Shown here one piece after another: positions 9,452 to 18,537 of a DNA stretch of 64,000 nucleotides (positions are counted from its first letter, which is position 1; every line of letters starts with the position of its first letter). Made by a program: the position numbers and the translations under genes. The notes under the pieces are model-generated. The model searched no databases and had not been told where the DNA came from. It saw nothing but the letters and a program-made list of their open reading frames with translations. The stretch comes from an uncultured Gemmatimonadales bacterium (GTDB lineage: Bacteria; Gemmatimonadota; Gemmatimonadetes; Gemmatimonadales; GWC2-71-9): contig CAWCVB010000014.1 in NCBI GenBank assembly GCA_963798915.1, positions 64,001 to 128,000 on the forward strand. The letters run 5' to 3'.

Positions 9452-10165
9452 TCAGTTTGGTATGCCGCGCAGCGGGATGGCGGGCGGACGCGACCGGCGC
9501 AGGATGGCCCCGGCGTAGCCGTTTCTCGGGTCGCCGCCCTCGGCGAGGATCTGCTCCACGCGACCGGGGCCGCGGTTGTAGGCGAGCAGGGCCAGGTGCA
9601 TGTCGCCATCGAACTGCTGCAGCAGGTCCTTGAGGTACCGGAAGCCCAGGTGCAGGTTGGTGTCGCGATTGAACAGGTCTGCTTCGGTCGCGTTCCGGCT
9701 GTACGCATGGGCCGTTGCCAGCTGGACCTGGGTATAGCCCAGCGCCTCGGCAGAGCTTCGCGCGTGCCGCTGGAAGTCGGACTCGATCTGCACCAGGCGG
9801 AAGGCAAGAGCCGGATCGATGCCCTCGTCCAGCGCGACGTCGTAGATGGCCGTCGCCAGCTCGCGGTTGATGTGATAGCGGCGGACATAGGCATCGATGG
9901 TGAGCGAACGCTCGAGTTCCATCCGGACCAGCCGCAGCTCGTCCTGGGCGCGGTCGAACTTGGTGTCGAAATTCCCCTCGATATGCGCCGTCACGGCGTC
10001 GCGTGCGGCCGAGGTTGAGTCGGCAACGGCGCGAGCCCGGACCTCGGTCCAGCCGCCCAGTGCGCTGAGCAGGAATCCTGCCGAAAGCACCAGCCCGACG
10101 CGCACCAGCAGGCGCTCGAAGATCACCCGCCTACGTTTACGGCGGCCACCGCGTTCCGTGGTCAT
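9452..10165 (-). CDS. SLT-domain lytic transglycosylase with N-terminal membrane anchor
   Basis: LVQIESDF, ALGYTQV, ALLAYNRG. Confidence 0.85.
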   Translation of the reverse strand: MTTERGGRRKRRRVIFERLLVRVGLVLSAGFLLSALGGWTEVRARAVADSTSAARDAVTAHIEGNFDTKFDRAQDELRLVRMELERSLTIDAYVRRYHINRELATAIYDVALDEGIDPALAFRLVQIESDFQRHARSSAEALGYTQVQLATAHAYSRNATEADLFNRDTNLHLGFRYLKDLLQQFDGDMHLALLAYNRGPGRVEQILAEGGDPRNGYAGAILRRSRPPAIPLRGIPN

Positions 10166-10193
10166 CGTTGTGTGCCTCCTCGAATTGCCGGCG

Positions 10194-10670
10194 CTACGAC
10201 TGCCGGCTCCAATATCCTGAGGCCCCGCCTGACTTCTCGACCAGGCAGACCCGTTCGATCGTCATTCCGCGGTCCATGGCCTTGACCATGTCATAGACCG
10301 TCAGGCACGCAACGGCGACGGCCGTGAGCGCCTCCATCTCCACGCCAGTGCGCGCCCGAAGGCGCGCGGTAGCACGGACCTGCACACCCGGAAGATCGGG
10401 ATCCAGCGCCGCCTCCACCCGAATGGCGTCCAGGCCGATCGGATGGCACAACGGAATCAATTCGGCGGTGCGCTTGGCGGCCATGACGCCTGCCACCTCC
10501 GCCACCGCCAGCACGTCGCCTTTCCGGATCGCACCAGCCTGGACTTCGGCGAATGCCGCACCTGACATTCGCACACAACCTGTGGCTGTCGCGGTGCGAT
10601 CTGTCACCTTTTTGCCGGCCACGTCCACCATTCGAGCGCGACCCTCTTCATCCAGGTGCGAGAGACTCAC
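10194..10670 (-). CDS. moaC: Cyclic pyranopterin monophosphate synthase
   Basis: MVDV, LIPLCHP, TGVEMEAL, YDMVKA, KSGG. Confidence 0.95.
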   Translation of the reverse strand: MSLSHLDEEGRARMVDVAGKKVTDRTATATGCVRMSGAAFAEVQAGAIRKGDVLAVAEVAGVMAAKRTAELIPLCHPIGLDAIRVEAALDPDLPGVQVRATARLRARTGVEMEALTAVAVACLTVYDMVKAMDRGMTIERVCLVEKSGGASGYWSRQS

Positions 10671-11752
10671 AGGAGCTCCGCGAGCTGCTCGCCCAGCACC
10701 GCCAGCAAGAGCTGGGGATTGACGTTGTCCTGCGCCGCTTCGCGGGCGTCTGACACCCGTTTTGCGGCTTCGGCGAGCCGGCCCGGTTCGAGGTCACGCA
10801 GGCGCTCAGGCGCGGCGCCCCTCCTGGGGCCATTCACGCTGATCCGGGCGGCACTCATCAGCACATCCGCCAAGGCATCGAGCATGCCGGTGAAGTCTCC
10901 TCGTGCCGCGTACGGCGCCTGTCGGAGCGCCCGTGCCAGCCGGCTCGGCTGGCCGCGCTCCAGCGTCTCGAGGAACGTCGTCGCTGCATCGCGCGCGACG
11001 CCGGCAGACTCATCCAGCCAGAGCGCCGCGCCGATCGAGCCGCCTGCCTCCCGCACCCGACGATCCATCTCCCGTGCCGGTACCGCACCGTACTGCTCCA
11101 GAAAGCTGCGAACGTCATCGTTCGCCAGCGGGTTGAGCCGCAGCGGCACCGTGCGCGAGCGAATCGTCGGGAGGAGTCGCCGAGGATCGGCGGCCGTCAG
11201 AATGAAGACGGCGTCTCTGGGCGGCTCCTCGAGCAACTTGAGCAGCGCATTGGCTGCTTCCTGCGCCGATTCCTGCGGCACCAGCCGCTCGGCGTCACCA
11301 ATAATGAAGATTCGGCGCCGGGACTCGACCGGTGACAGCGCGGCCTGGCGCTGCAGCAGGCGCACGCTGGCCACGCTGTGGCTGGCCATGCCGTCGAGCG
11401 CTCCGTAGAGCGGCGACTCCCGCCGCTCTGCCATGATCCCGGCCAGCGTCTCTGCGGCTTCCTCGACCTGCTTGCCGGGGTCTGCCGCCTTGGGCCGGGC
11501 CATGGGCACCAGCCAATGGACGTCGGGGTGGCTTAACGCCAGTACCCGCCGGCAGGGAAGACAGGTGCCACAGGGTCCCTCGTCGCCAGGCTGCTCACAG
11601 ATCAGCAGCTGGGCAAGCCAGAGCCCCAGCCGCTGGCGCCCGATCCCAGCCGGCCCGGTGAAGAGAAGGGCCTGCGGGATGCGGTTGGCCCGGAAGGCCT
11701 GAACGAGGCGCTTCCGGGCGTCATGATGCCCAGCGAGTGGGGCCAAAGTCAT
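10667..11752 (-). CDS. holB: DNA polymerase III delta' subunit
   Basis: ALLFTGPAGIG, CGTCLPC zinc motif, AANALLKLLEEP, LLPTIRSR. Confidence 0.9.
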   Translation of the reverse strand: MTLAPLAGHHDARKRLVQAFRANRIPQALLFTGPAGIGRQRLGLWLAQLLICEQPGDEGPCGTCLPCRRVLALSHPDVHWLVPMARPKAADPGKQVEEAAETLAGIMAERRESPLYGALDGMASHSVASVRLLQRQAALSPVESRRRIFIIGDAERLVPQESAQEAANALLKLLEEPPRDAVFILTAADPRRLLPTIRSRTVPLRLNPLANDDVRSFLEQYGAVPAREMDRRVREAGGSIGAALWLDESAGVARDAATTFLETLERGQPSRLARALRQAPYAARGDFTGMLDALADVLMSAARISVNGPRRGAAPERLRDLEPGRLAEAAKRVSDAREAAQDNVNPQLLLAVLGEQLAELL

Positions 11753-11798
11753 GCCAGAAAGCTAGCACCCGGACCGGCTTTGGGTAATTGGGCACTTG

Positions 11799-11825
11799 CT
11801 AAGATGTTGGTAGATAAGGGGTTAG
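11799..11825. promoter_or_regulatory. Imperfect palindrome made of two IHF-like half-sites
   Basis: CTAA-gatg-TTG-gtaga-TAA-gggg-TTAG in an AT-rich intergenic patch; minus strand TACCAAcatcTTA is 1 mismatch from WATCAANNNNTTR. Confidence 0.4.
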
Positions 11826-11995
11826 ATTTTCGGGTCGGGAATCAGGGACCGAAGGCCTCGGGTTGAGTGCGGATTGCGGGACCTGACGTCAGTGGGGCCC
11901 TCAGCCAGCGCTGGCCGTTCGCCCGGCGAATCCATGGTGTGCCCTCAAGCCGGGGCGGGACTCCACAGGCAGGGTGTGGGCTCGACGCCGCAGAC

Positions 11996-12042
11996 CCGCC
12001 CGTCCTGCCCGCCTTGCCCGTCCTGCCCGTCCTGCCCGTCCT
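11996..12042. repeat. 9-bp tandem repeat (GCCCGTCCT x~5) upstream of tRNA-Asn
   Basis: Same unit as the array next to tRNA-Lys. Confidence 0.85.
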
Positions 12043-12087
12043 GTCTTGAGTGAGCCCGTCCCACCGATTACCATACTGCCCTCATGA

Positions 12088-12161
12088 TCCCGAGTAGCTC
12101 AGTTGGTTAGAGCAGCTGACTGTTAATCAGCGGGTCGGGGGTTCGAGTCCCTCCTCGGGAG
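12088..12161 (+). tRNA. tRNA-Asn(GUU)
   Basis: Acceptor TCCCGAG/CTCGGGA; anticodon arm GCTGA-CTGTTAA-TCAGC; T loop GTTCGAGTC. Confidence 0.95.
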
Positions 12162-12194
12162 TGGTTGTGGCGGGAGAAATACGAGTCCGAACGG

Positions 12195-12226
12195 CAAACG
12201 GCTCAGCCTTGCGGCTGGGCCGTTTG
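12195..12226 (+). terminator. Hairpin terminator after tRNA-Asn
   Basis: CAAACGGCTCAGCC-ttgc-GGCTGGGCCGTTTG. Confidence 0.7.
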
Positions 12227-12323
12227 GCTCTGGTGGCAGAGCGATCAACCGAAGCTCGGCCGCGCGATGCTCGGCTTCACCCTGCGTCGCTATTCATACT
12301 CGGGTCATACGTGGCAGCGTCTT

Positions 12324-12746
12324 TCACGCCTGCATTGCCAGGGGCAACGAAAGCTCAGTAATGCGTGATGGCTTCGCTCCGGCTGCAAGCGCAGCTGGAC
12401 GGTGTGGGCACCATTGCCGGCGCCACGCTCCACGCCGATGGGCTCTTCGCTGACCGCCACAAGCGCCGCCGCAGGCGAAGGTGAACAAGCGCAACCCAGG
12501 GCACAACCGCTCCCCACGACCCAGCAAGCGCCCCATCCACACCGAAAAGACCTCGTCCTCAGGAGCCACGAACGCAAGCTCGGCAACTCCCGTGTCGGCA
12601 TAGCAGCGCCGGATGGCGGGCGTCAGGTCCGGTGGGCGACGATGCCGCGTCCAGATCACGATTCCGCCAGGCGCACAGAGCATGCGAGTGGCGCGCGCCG
12701 TCCGCTCGACATCCGCCTCCGGAGGCAGATCGCTGACTCTGAGCAT
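12324..12746 (-). pseudogene. C-terminal fragment of a putative SAM-dependent methyltransferase
   Basis: DVERTARATRMLCAPGGIVIWTRHRRPPDLTPAIR resembles the C-terminal half of a methyltransferase; no SAM-binding N-terminus. Confidence 0.45.
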
Positions 12747-12878
12747 CGTCGTGATCTGTCCGCCGAGGTGCTTCTCCTAGTAGCGGAAGGCCTCCTCGCA
12801 GTTGCCTCCGAAGTTGAGTTGCGTGAAGAGCTTCATGGGCATTTCCTGGTTGGTAGCGGCACAGTGTGGTGTGTCGGG

Positions 12879-13490
12879 TTACACACGGTTCCTGGAGGGA
12901 GGATCAGGGTCCATCTCTCGGAGTTCACGATCGAGCGAGCTCGAGGATCGGTCAGGTACGTAGGTCAGGTGAAGGAGCCCGGTATCGAAGCTCCGGACTG
13001 TCTCGAGGTTGAGGATCACCTGCTCGATGTCGCCTGCCGGGAAGAGCTTGCGCCCTTTGCTCCTGATCACCGGGTAGACGAAGAGCTGGAGCTCGTCCAC
13101 CAGGCCATGGTGGAGCAGTGAGCGGACGAGCGTCGCGCTGCCCGCGACGTTGATATTCCGCCCTGGCTTGGCCTTCAGCTGCCTCACGTCCTCCACCACG
13201 TCCCTGATCAGGAAGGAGTTGTTCCACTCGAGGTCGTCCAGCGTCCTGGACACAACGTACTTCGGGCTGTTGTTCATGAAGGCGCCAACGGGATGATCGA
13301 CGCCGCGGGCGGGCCAGACCGCCGCGAACTCCTCATACGTTCGCCGACCGAGCAGCAGGGTGTCTGCCTCCTCGAGGGAATGGCCAATGACCTGGGCAAC
13401 CTCAGGATTGAAGTAGGCAGGCGTCCACTCATCGGGCGACTCGAAAACCCCGTCGAGCGACACGATCTCGGCAGCCACCAGTTTTCGCAT
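12879..13490 (-). CDS. Dihydrofolate reductase / RibD C-terminal family protein
   Basis: VSLDGV, LLLGRRTYE, PKYVVSRT, GSATLV, LVDELQL; GGAGGAG SD. Confidence 0.9.
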   Translation of the reverse strand: MRKLVAAEIVSLDGVFESPDEWTPAYFNPEVAQVIGHSLEEADTLLLGRRTYEEFAAVWPARGVDHPVGAFMNNSPKYVVSRTLDDLEWNNSFLIRDVVEDVRQLKAKPGRNINVAGSATLVRSLLHHGLVDELQLFVYPVIRSKGRKLFPAGDIEQVILNLETVRSFDTGLLHLTYVPDRSSSSLDRELREMDPDPPSRNRV

Positions 13491-13561
13491 TGCGATGCTC
13501 CTCCTGTCGGGACTTCATTGTTGGCGACAAGGGCCATTTCCCGGGGCGAGGCGGACGCCCA

Positions 13562-14506
13562 TCAGTGCCGCTGATGCGCGTCGCTGCCATGGGCAGCGCC
13601 GTCGACCTGGTTGAGGAATGGAAGCACGATGTCCGCAAGGCGGGGATCGGCAAAGATCTCGTAGTGGGTCGCGCCAGGGATCACCGCGAGACGATTCGGA
13701 GACATGTTCTCCCGCATCCACCCAGCGTCCTTCAGCCCGCCGCCCAGCAGATGGTAGAACTCGACCATATGCTCGGGCCGGATGATGTCGGCGTCGCCAT
13801 AGACGAGCATGACTGGTCCTCGGATCGCCCTCGCGTCCGCCGACCAGTCATAGGGCTGCCGCATATAGGCGCCCATGGCATCCAGCAGCCGAGGGAACTC
13901 GCTGGGATCCGGGGCCGTTGCGGCGTACGCCTGATACATGGGGGTTTGTTTCATCTGGTCGGCAAGGGCCGCGCTTAACGCCGCCTGCTGTGGCAGCACC
14001 TCGGGATAGAAGCCTTGCTGCGCGAATGGTGTGGAGATGAGGACCAGGCGCCTGACGGCGCTGGGATGCTGGACGGCCAGCCGGAGTGCAACGGCACCTC
14101 CCAGGGAATACCCCACGACGTCTGCCTTGTCATAGCCCAGACTGTCCAGCAACGCCGCCATATCGTCCCCCATGGCACCGGCCTCGATGGGACGGCTCCC
14201 GAGGCGGGTTCGCCCGTGACCTTGCAGGTCCACGCCGATCACCTGCCGGTTCTGGGACAGCTTCGCGAGGTTCGGGCCGAACATCTCGATTTGGCCGAGG
14301 CCGCCGTGGAGAAGGAGCAGGGGCTCTCCCCTGCCATAGATCGCGTAGTAGTACCTCACTCCGTTCGCGCTGGCGTACCCCGTCCTTCGCGGGGTAGGGA
14401 CCGAGGCGGGTGCCGGTGCGCTGGCCGACTGCCCCTGCAGGCTGGACGAACCAGCCATGCTTGTTGTGGCCAGCATCACGCTTGTCACGATCGTGCGGGT
14501 GTTCAT
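13562..14506 (-). CDS. Secreted alpha/beta hydrolase
   Basis: Signal peptide; LLHGG, DLQGHG, GYSLG nucleophile, GATHY; AAGGAG SD. Confidence 0.9.
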   Translation of the reverse strand: MNTRTIVTSVMLATTSMAGSSSLQGQSASAPAPASVPTPRRTGYASANGVRYYYAIYGRGEPLLLLHGGLGQIEMFGPNLAKLSQNRQVIGVDLQGHGRTRLGSRPIEAGAMGDDMAALLDSLGYDKADVVGYSLGGAVALRLAVQHPSAVRRLVLISTPFAQQGFYPEVLPQQAALSAALADQMKQTPMYQAYAATAPDPSEFPRLLDAMGAYMRQPYDWSADARAIRGPVMLVYGDADIIRPEHMVEFYHLLGGGLKDAGWMRENMSPNRLAVIPGATHYEIFADPRLADIVLPFLNQVDGAAHGSDAHQRH

Positions 14507-14544
14507 TTCGGGTCTCCTTATTTGACGTTTGCGCCCGTGCACAG

Positions 14545-14571
14545 GTCGAACGAGGCCCTCGGCAATCGACA
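14545..14571 (-). promoter_or_regulatory. ECF42-type promoter (TGTCGA-N17-CGAC)
   Basis: Minus strand TGTCGAttgccgagggcctcgttCGAC, ~40 nt upstream of hydrolase ATG. Confidence 0.6.
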
Positions 14572-14659
14572 ATCAATGCACGTACAGGTTCTTCGACCCC
14601 GATTCCTGAGCTGATCCGGCGCTGTGAGCGAGGCGATTCCCCTCGTCGCCGCAAATGAC

Positions 14660-15058
14660 TTACTGGTCATCGCGGTCTCGGTTCTCGACAATGACATGCC
14701 CGACCATGCCTTCACGCACGTGTGGATCGCACACATAGACGTAGCGTCCCGGCGGAAGGTGGAGGACCAAGTCGAGGTGATCCCCCTGGTGTTTTGCGAC
14801 GGGCGTTGCCGCGGGCAGGCGCACGCCGGCGGGATTCGAGTCTGCCAGAAAGTCCACGTTGTGCATTCCGGCTCCGTTCACAAACCGGAGGGTGTCCCCG
14901 GCGTACACCGAAACGGTGGACGGTTCGAAGTAGAAGCGGGTACCAGTACTGTCACGAGTCATGCGTATCTGCACCGTGTGAGCGGAGGCATGTGGCGCCG
15001 GCAGAGGGGCGAGTGCCCCGATGCTCAGGACGGAGGCGATTCGAAGGATCGGCTTCAT
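14660..15058 (-). CDS. Plastocyanin/azurin-family blue copper protein
   Basis: Signal peptide; FEPS, HNV, C-x2-H-x4-M (CDPHVREGM) type-1 Cu ligands. Confidence 0.9.
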   Translation of the reverse strand: MKPILRIASVLSIGALAPLPAPHASAHTVQIRMTRDSTGTRFYFEPSTVSVYAGDTLRFVNGAGMHNVDFLADSNPAGVRLPAATPVAKHQGDHLDLVLHLPPGRYVYVCDPHVREGMVGHVIVENRDRDDQ

Positions 15059-15132
15059 GATGTTCCCGCCATTGAGAGGTTTCGCCCGCGCCCGCGTCGG
15101 AGGCCTGAGCTGCGGTACCTAGCATCTAACTG

Positions 15133-15172
15133 ACATAATATCATACTATGTTTCAGCTTCAAGGCAAGTCAA
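15133..15172 (-). promoter_or_regulatory. Sigma70-like promoter (TTGACT-18-TAGTAT) overlapped by FadR/GntR-like operator ACATAATATCATACTATGT
   Basis: Direct reading; operator resembles sites at 18383 and 18519. Confidence 0.55.
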
Positions 15173-15358
15173 GATCGGCCGCAGTCGCGCTCCGACGGCC
15201 GCGGCCGTTGTTGCTCGATATCGCACGGCGAGGCGGAGGTTACATGCACGGTTCAGGGGTGCGCATAGCCGTGCTTCATGGAGGTATATCGCCTGTCCAC
15301 CTGGCCCGCGCCGAGGCTTGAAGGACTCGACGAGTCGGAGCGGAGGTCGGGGCGGAGC

Positions 15359-15413
15359 TTGACGGCGAATAGCGCCAGAGCTACGATGAGTTACTTCGGA
15401 ATATGTAGTAACT
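15359..15413 (+). promoter_or_regulatory. Sigma70 promoter TTGACG-17-TACGAT followed by operator palindrome AGTTACT-N11-AGTAACT
   Basis: Perfect 7-bp inverted repeat over the predicted start site of the HxlR-family gene. Confidence 0.7.
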
Positions 15414-15426
15414 ATGGAGGGCCTTC

Positions 15427-15930
15427 ATGCGTGTATCGGAAATTGGCCAGATGAAATGCCCGGTGGCCCGGACGCTGTCGGTCGTGGGAGACCCGTGGAC
15501 CCTGCTCATCCTGCGCGAGTCGTTCCTGGGGTCGCGCCGGTTCGAGGAGTTTCAGGGCTACACGGGGATGTCTCCAGCGCTCCTGTCCAACCGTCTGAAG
15601 GTCCTCAGCAGGGAAGGCATTCTGGAACCGCAGCGATACCGCGAGCGACCGCCCCGACGGGAATACAGACTTACTCAAAAGGGCCTCGATCTCTACCCCG
15701 TGATTGTAGCGTTGTCCCAGTGGGGAAGTCGATGGATGGCGGACGAGGGGGGGCCGTTTCTTCAGCTGGTGCACCAGGGATGCGGTCATCAGACCGCACC
15801 CCAGCTCGTGTGCTCGGAGTGTGGGGAGCCGATCGCACCGCGGGACATGAGAGTCCGCGTGATGCGGAGCATGGGCGAGGACCGCCGTCGAACCTGGCAG
15901 CACTTTAAACAGCACGCTCACACCACCTAG
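15427..15930 (+). CDS. HxlR-family winged-helix transcriptional regulator
   Basis: CPVARTLSVVGDPWTLLILRE, RRFEEF, EYRLTQKG; C-terminal H-C...CxxC. Confidence 0.9.
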   Translation: MRVSEIGQMKCPVARTLSVVGDPWTLLILRESFLGSRRFEEFQGYTGMSPALLSNRLKVLSREGILEPQRYRERPPRREYRLTQKGLDLYPVIVALSQWGSRWMADEGGPFLQLVHQGCGHQTAPQLVCSECGEPIAPRDMRVRVMRSMGEDRRRTWQHFKQHAHTT

Positions 15931-15932
15931 GG

Positions 15933-16298
15933 ATGGAGGGCAGCATGGCGCCACCGGTGACGAAGCAGTTTTCCGAGCCCGACGAGGTCGTCCACTTCGA
16001 GCACGGCATGTTCGAGGTGCTGCGCGTCGGAGCGATGACCATCGGACGTGCGACGTACGAGCCGGGATGGAAATGGTCGGAGCACGTCGGCCGGTACTCG
16101 GGATCGGCCATGTGCGAGGTCGAGCATGTGGGAATGGTCGTGGAGGGTCATGCGGTGGCCAAGATGGCGGACGGAAGCCTGATCGACCTGACGCCGGGGA
16201 CGGTCTTCTATATCCCACCGAACCACGATAGCTGGGTCATTGGGGAGCATCGATACGTCTCCCTCCACTTCCTGGGCGCTGACCACTACGCCCGCTAG
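15933..16298 (+). CDS. Cupin-domain protein
   Basis: EPGWKWSEHV, C-x3-H, IPPNHDSWV. Confidence 0.85.
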   Translation: MEGSMAPPVTKQFSEPDEVVHFEHGMFEVLRVGAMTIGRATYEPGWKWSEHVGRYSGSAMCEVEHVGMVVEGHAVAKMADGSLIDLTPGTVFYIPPNHDSWVIGEHRYVSLHFLGADHYAR

Positions 16299-16314
16299 CT
16301 GCGGAACCGACCCC

Positions 16315-17115
16315 ATGCATCACACTGCCCGGATCTATGTCGTAAACTCGTTCTGCATCTCCGGAACCGATGGCAATCCTGCGGCGGTCTGCATGCTGCC
16401 TGACGGAGGGGACGATCCGGTCTGGATGCAGCTCGTCGCTCGCCAGTTGAATCTGTCCGAGACCGCTTTCGTCCGGCCGCAGACTGCCAATCGCTTCTCC
16501 ATCCGCTGCTTCAGTCCGGCTGCAGAGGTTCCTCTTTGTGGTCACGCGACGATGGCGGCCGCGCACGCGTTGTACGAAGACGGGTTGGTCGGCGACGGGG
16601 CTGTCACGTTCGAGGCACGGTCGGGTGCTCTGGCGGCGAGCAGGACGAACGAAGGCATCGGACTTGACCTGCCTGCGATTGAGTGTAAACCAGCGCCCGT
16701 CCCTCCGTGGTTTGCCGCAGCCTTCGGGATTATGCCCGTCGAATTTCGGGCCGGGCCTGCCAAATACCTTGCGGAGTTGTCCCATGACTCGGAAGTCCGC
16801 GACCTTGCGCCGGACTTTGGCTTGTTGCGCAAGGTGGCCGATCGGGGAGTCATCGTGACGAGCCGGAGTGTGCACAGCTCGTACGACGTCGTGTCGCGCT
16901 ATTTCGCGGCCTACGTGGGCGTTGATGAGGACCCCGTCACAGGCTCGGCACATTGCTGCCTCGGTCCCTACTGGGCTCCGTTGCTGGGCAAGAGTGACAT
17001 CCTGGCCTTTCAGGCGTCTCCCCGGGGTGGTCGCATCAGGGTCAGACTGAACGGAGATCGCGTCTTGCTGTCAGGCGCGACGAGGACGGTGCTTGCGGGT
17101 GAGCTGCGGCTTTAG
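16315..17115 (+). CDS. PhzF-family isomerase
   Basis: GNPAAV, NLSETAF, EVPLCGHAT, EDPVTGSAH. Confidence 0.92.
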   Translation: MHHTARIYVVNSFCISGTDGNPAAVCMLPDGGDDPVWMQLVARQLNLSETAFVRPQTANRFSIRCFSPAAEVPLCGHATMAAAHALYEDGLVGDGAVTFEARSGALAASRTNEGIGLDLPAIECKPAPVPPWFAAAFGIMPVEFRAGPAKYLAELSHDSEVRDLAPDFGLLRKVADRGVIVTSRSVHSSYDVVSRYFAAYVGVDEDPVTGSAHCCLGPYWAPLLGKSDILAFQASPRGGRIRVRLNGDRVLLSGATRTVLAGELRL

Positions 17116-17226
17116 TCAGTAGGATGGGGCGGCAGTAGGCTGGTTCGCCTCCAATCGAGTGACGCTCATTGGGCCCGAATGGAGACCGCCTCGCGGGTCG
17201 CAATCTGAGGGATAGGAGACCGACAG

Positions 17227-17638
17227 TTGGCTGAGCTGGCCCTTGTGACTCTGAGCGTTCGGGACTACGACGATGCGATCAGATTCTTTGTGGATGCGCT
17301 CGGATTCGAGCTCGCCGACGACAGCCCATCGAAGTCCAACGACGGGCGGCCCAAGCGATGGGTCGTGGTGCGCCGCCAGGGAGGCCAGACCGGAATCGTC
17401 CTCTCTCGCGCTGACAACGAAGAGCAAGTCAATATGGTTGGCAGGCAGTTTGTCGGCCGAGTCGGCCCCTTTGTCAGCGTCGACGACTTCGATGCCAGCC
17501 AGGCGCGGGATGGCCGCTGCAGGAGTCCGATTCGTCTCAGAGCCTTGCTGCGAGCCGTATGGAAGGGTGGCCGTGTTTGAGGATCTGGAGGGCAACCACT
17601 GGGACCTGCTGGGGCCCAGGTCTGCCAGTCAAGCATAA
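17227..17638 (+). pseudogene. VOC/glyoxalase-family protein, frameshifted at ~17507-17509
   Basis: N-half VRDYDDAIRFF...DDFD and C-half GVRFVSEP..PYGRVAVFEDLEGNHWDL lie in different frames; extra G in GGG. Confidence 0.8.
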
Positions 17639-17678
17639 CAGGCACTCTTCAGCCGTCTCCCTCGCCGACATTCCGTTC

Positions 17679-18386
17679 TTATCCCCTGCCGAGACTCTGA
17701 CGCAGTACGCGAGCGTCGGCCTCGAGCAACTCCGTGGTTACGGTGGTAGCCTCACCGACAGCCTGGCGCTCAATCGCGTCGATGAGCCGTGCGTGAAGGC
17801 CTGAAGTATCCTCGGTGAGTGCTGGATCGTGGATCACTGCCTCAATGGTCTCGCGCAAGACACCCGTGAATGACCGAAAGAGATCGACGAGCAGTGCGTT
17901 GCCTCCGGCCCTGGCAACGGCGAGATGAAAGGCCACGTCCGCTGTGGCGACCCCGTCCTGGTCGCCAGCTACCCGCGCCGCTTGTCGATCGGCGAGACGT
18001 TGGCGGAGTCGGGCGACGTCTTCGGAGGTACGGCGCTGTGCCGCGAACTGGGCACTGGCAATCTCCAGGATCCGCCTGACCTCGTAGACCTCGAGGATCC
18101 GCGCCCTTCGCATGCGCTGATCCAGCGGTTCGCCGGGGATGGGCGTTGCCATGACATAGGTTCCGTCACCTTGACGGACGTCAAGAAGGCCTGCGTGGGC
18201 CAGCACCCCGATTGCCTCGCGCAACGTGGTCCGGCTCACCCCCAGCTGCTCGGTGAGTTCGTCTTCCGTCGGCAAGCGATCCCCGGGGGCAATGCGTCCC
18301 AACGAAATCCACTCCTGGATCTCGTCGATCACGACGTGAGCCAGCCGCCGTCGTTTGCTTGCCAAGCCAAGGCGTGGTCGAGTCAT
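17679..18386 (-). CDS. FadR/GntR-family transcriptional regulator
   Basis: PGDRLPTEDEL..LGVSRTTLREA, RQGDGTYV; FCD domain DVAFH. Confidence 0.92.
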   Translation of the reverse strand: MTRPRLGLASKRRRLAHVVIDEIQEWISLGRIAPGDRLPTEDELTEQLGVSRTTLREAIGVLAHAGLLDVRQGDGTYVMATPIPGEPLDQRMRRARILEVYEVRRILEIASAQFAAQRRTSEDVARLRQRLADRQAARVAGDQDGVATADVAFHLAVARAGGNALLVDLFRSFTGVLRETIEAVIHDPALTEDTSGLHARLIDAIERQAVGEATTVTTELLEADARVLRQSLGRG

Positions 18387-18421
18387 CAAATCATAGTATG
18401 ACCCTCCCGAGGCCTGGTCAA
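18383..18421 (-). promoter_or_regulatory. Leaderless-type promoter TTGACC-17-TACTAT-6-ATG with overlapping operator TCATCAAATCATAGTATGA
   Basis: Direct reading; TCATAGTATGA is palindromic around its centre. Confidence 0.7.
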
Positions 18422-18498
18422 GGAGGATCCCGGGCTCGCCTGACTCCGCCGTAGCGCTTCTCGCCTCAAGACCCTTCCGCAACCGCTGAGCTTGGCCA

Positions 18499-18537
18499 TT
18501 GACCGGCTGTTCGCACAGACATATTATCATCATATGA
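18499..18537 (+). promoter_or_regulatory. Leaderless-type promoter TTGACC-17-TATTAT-6-ATG with overlapping operator ACATATTATCATCATATGA
   Basis: Direct reading; mirrors the geometry of the gntR promoter. Confidence 0.7.
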
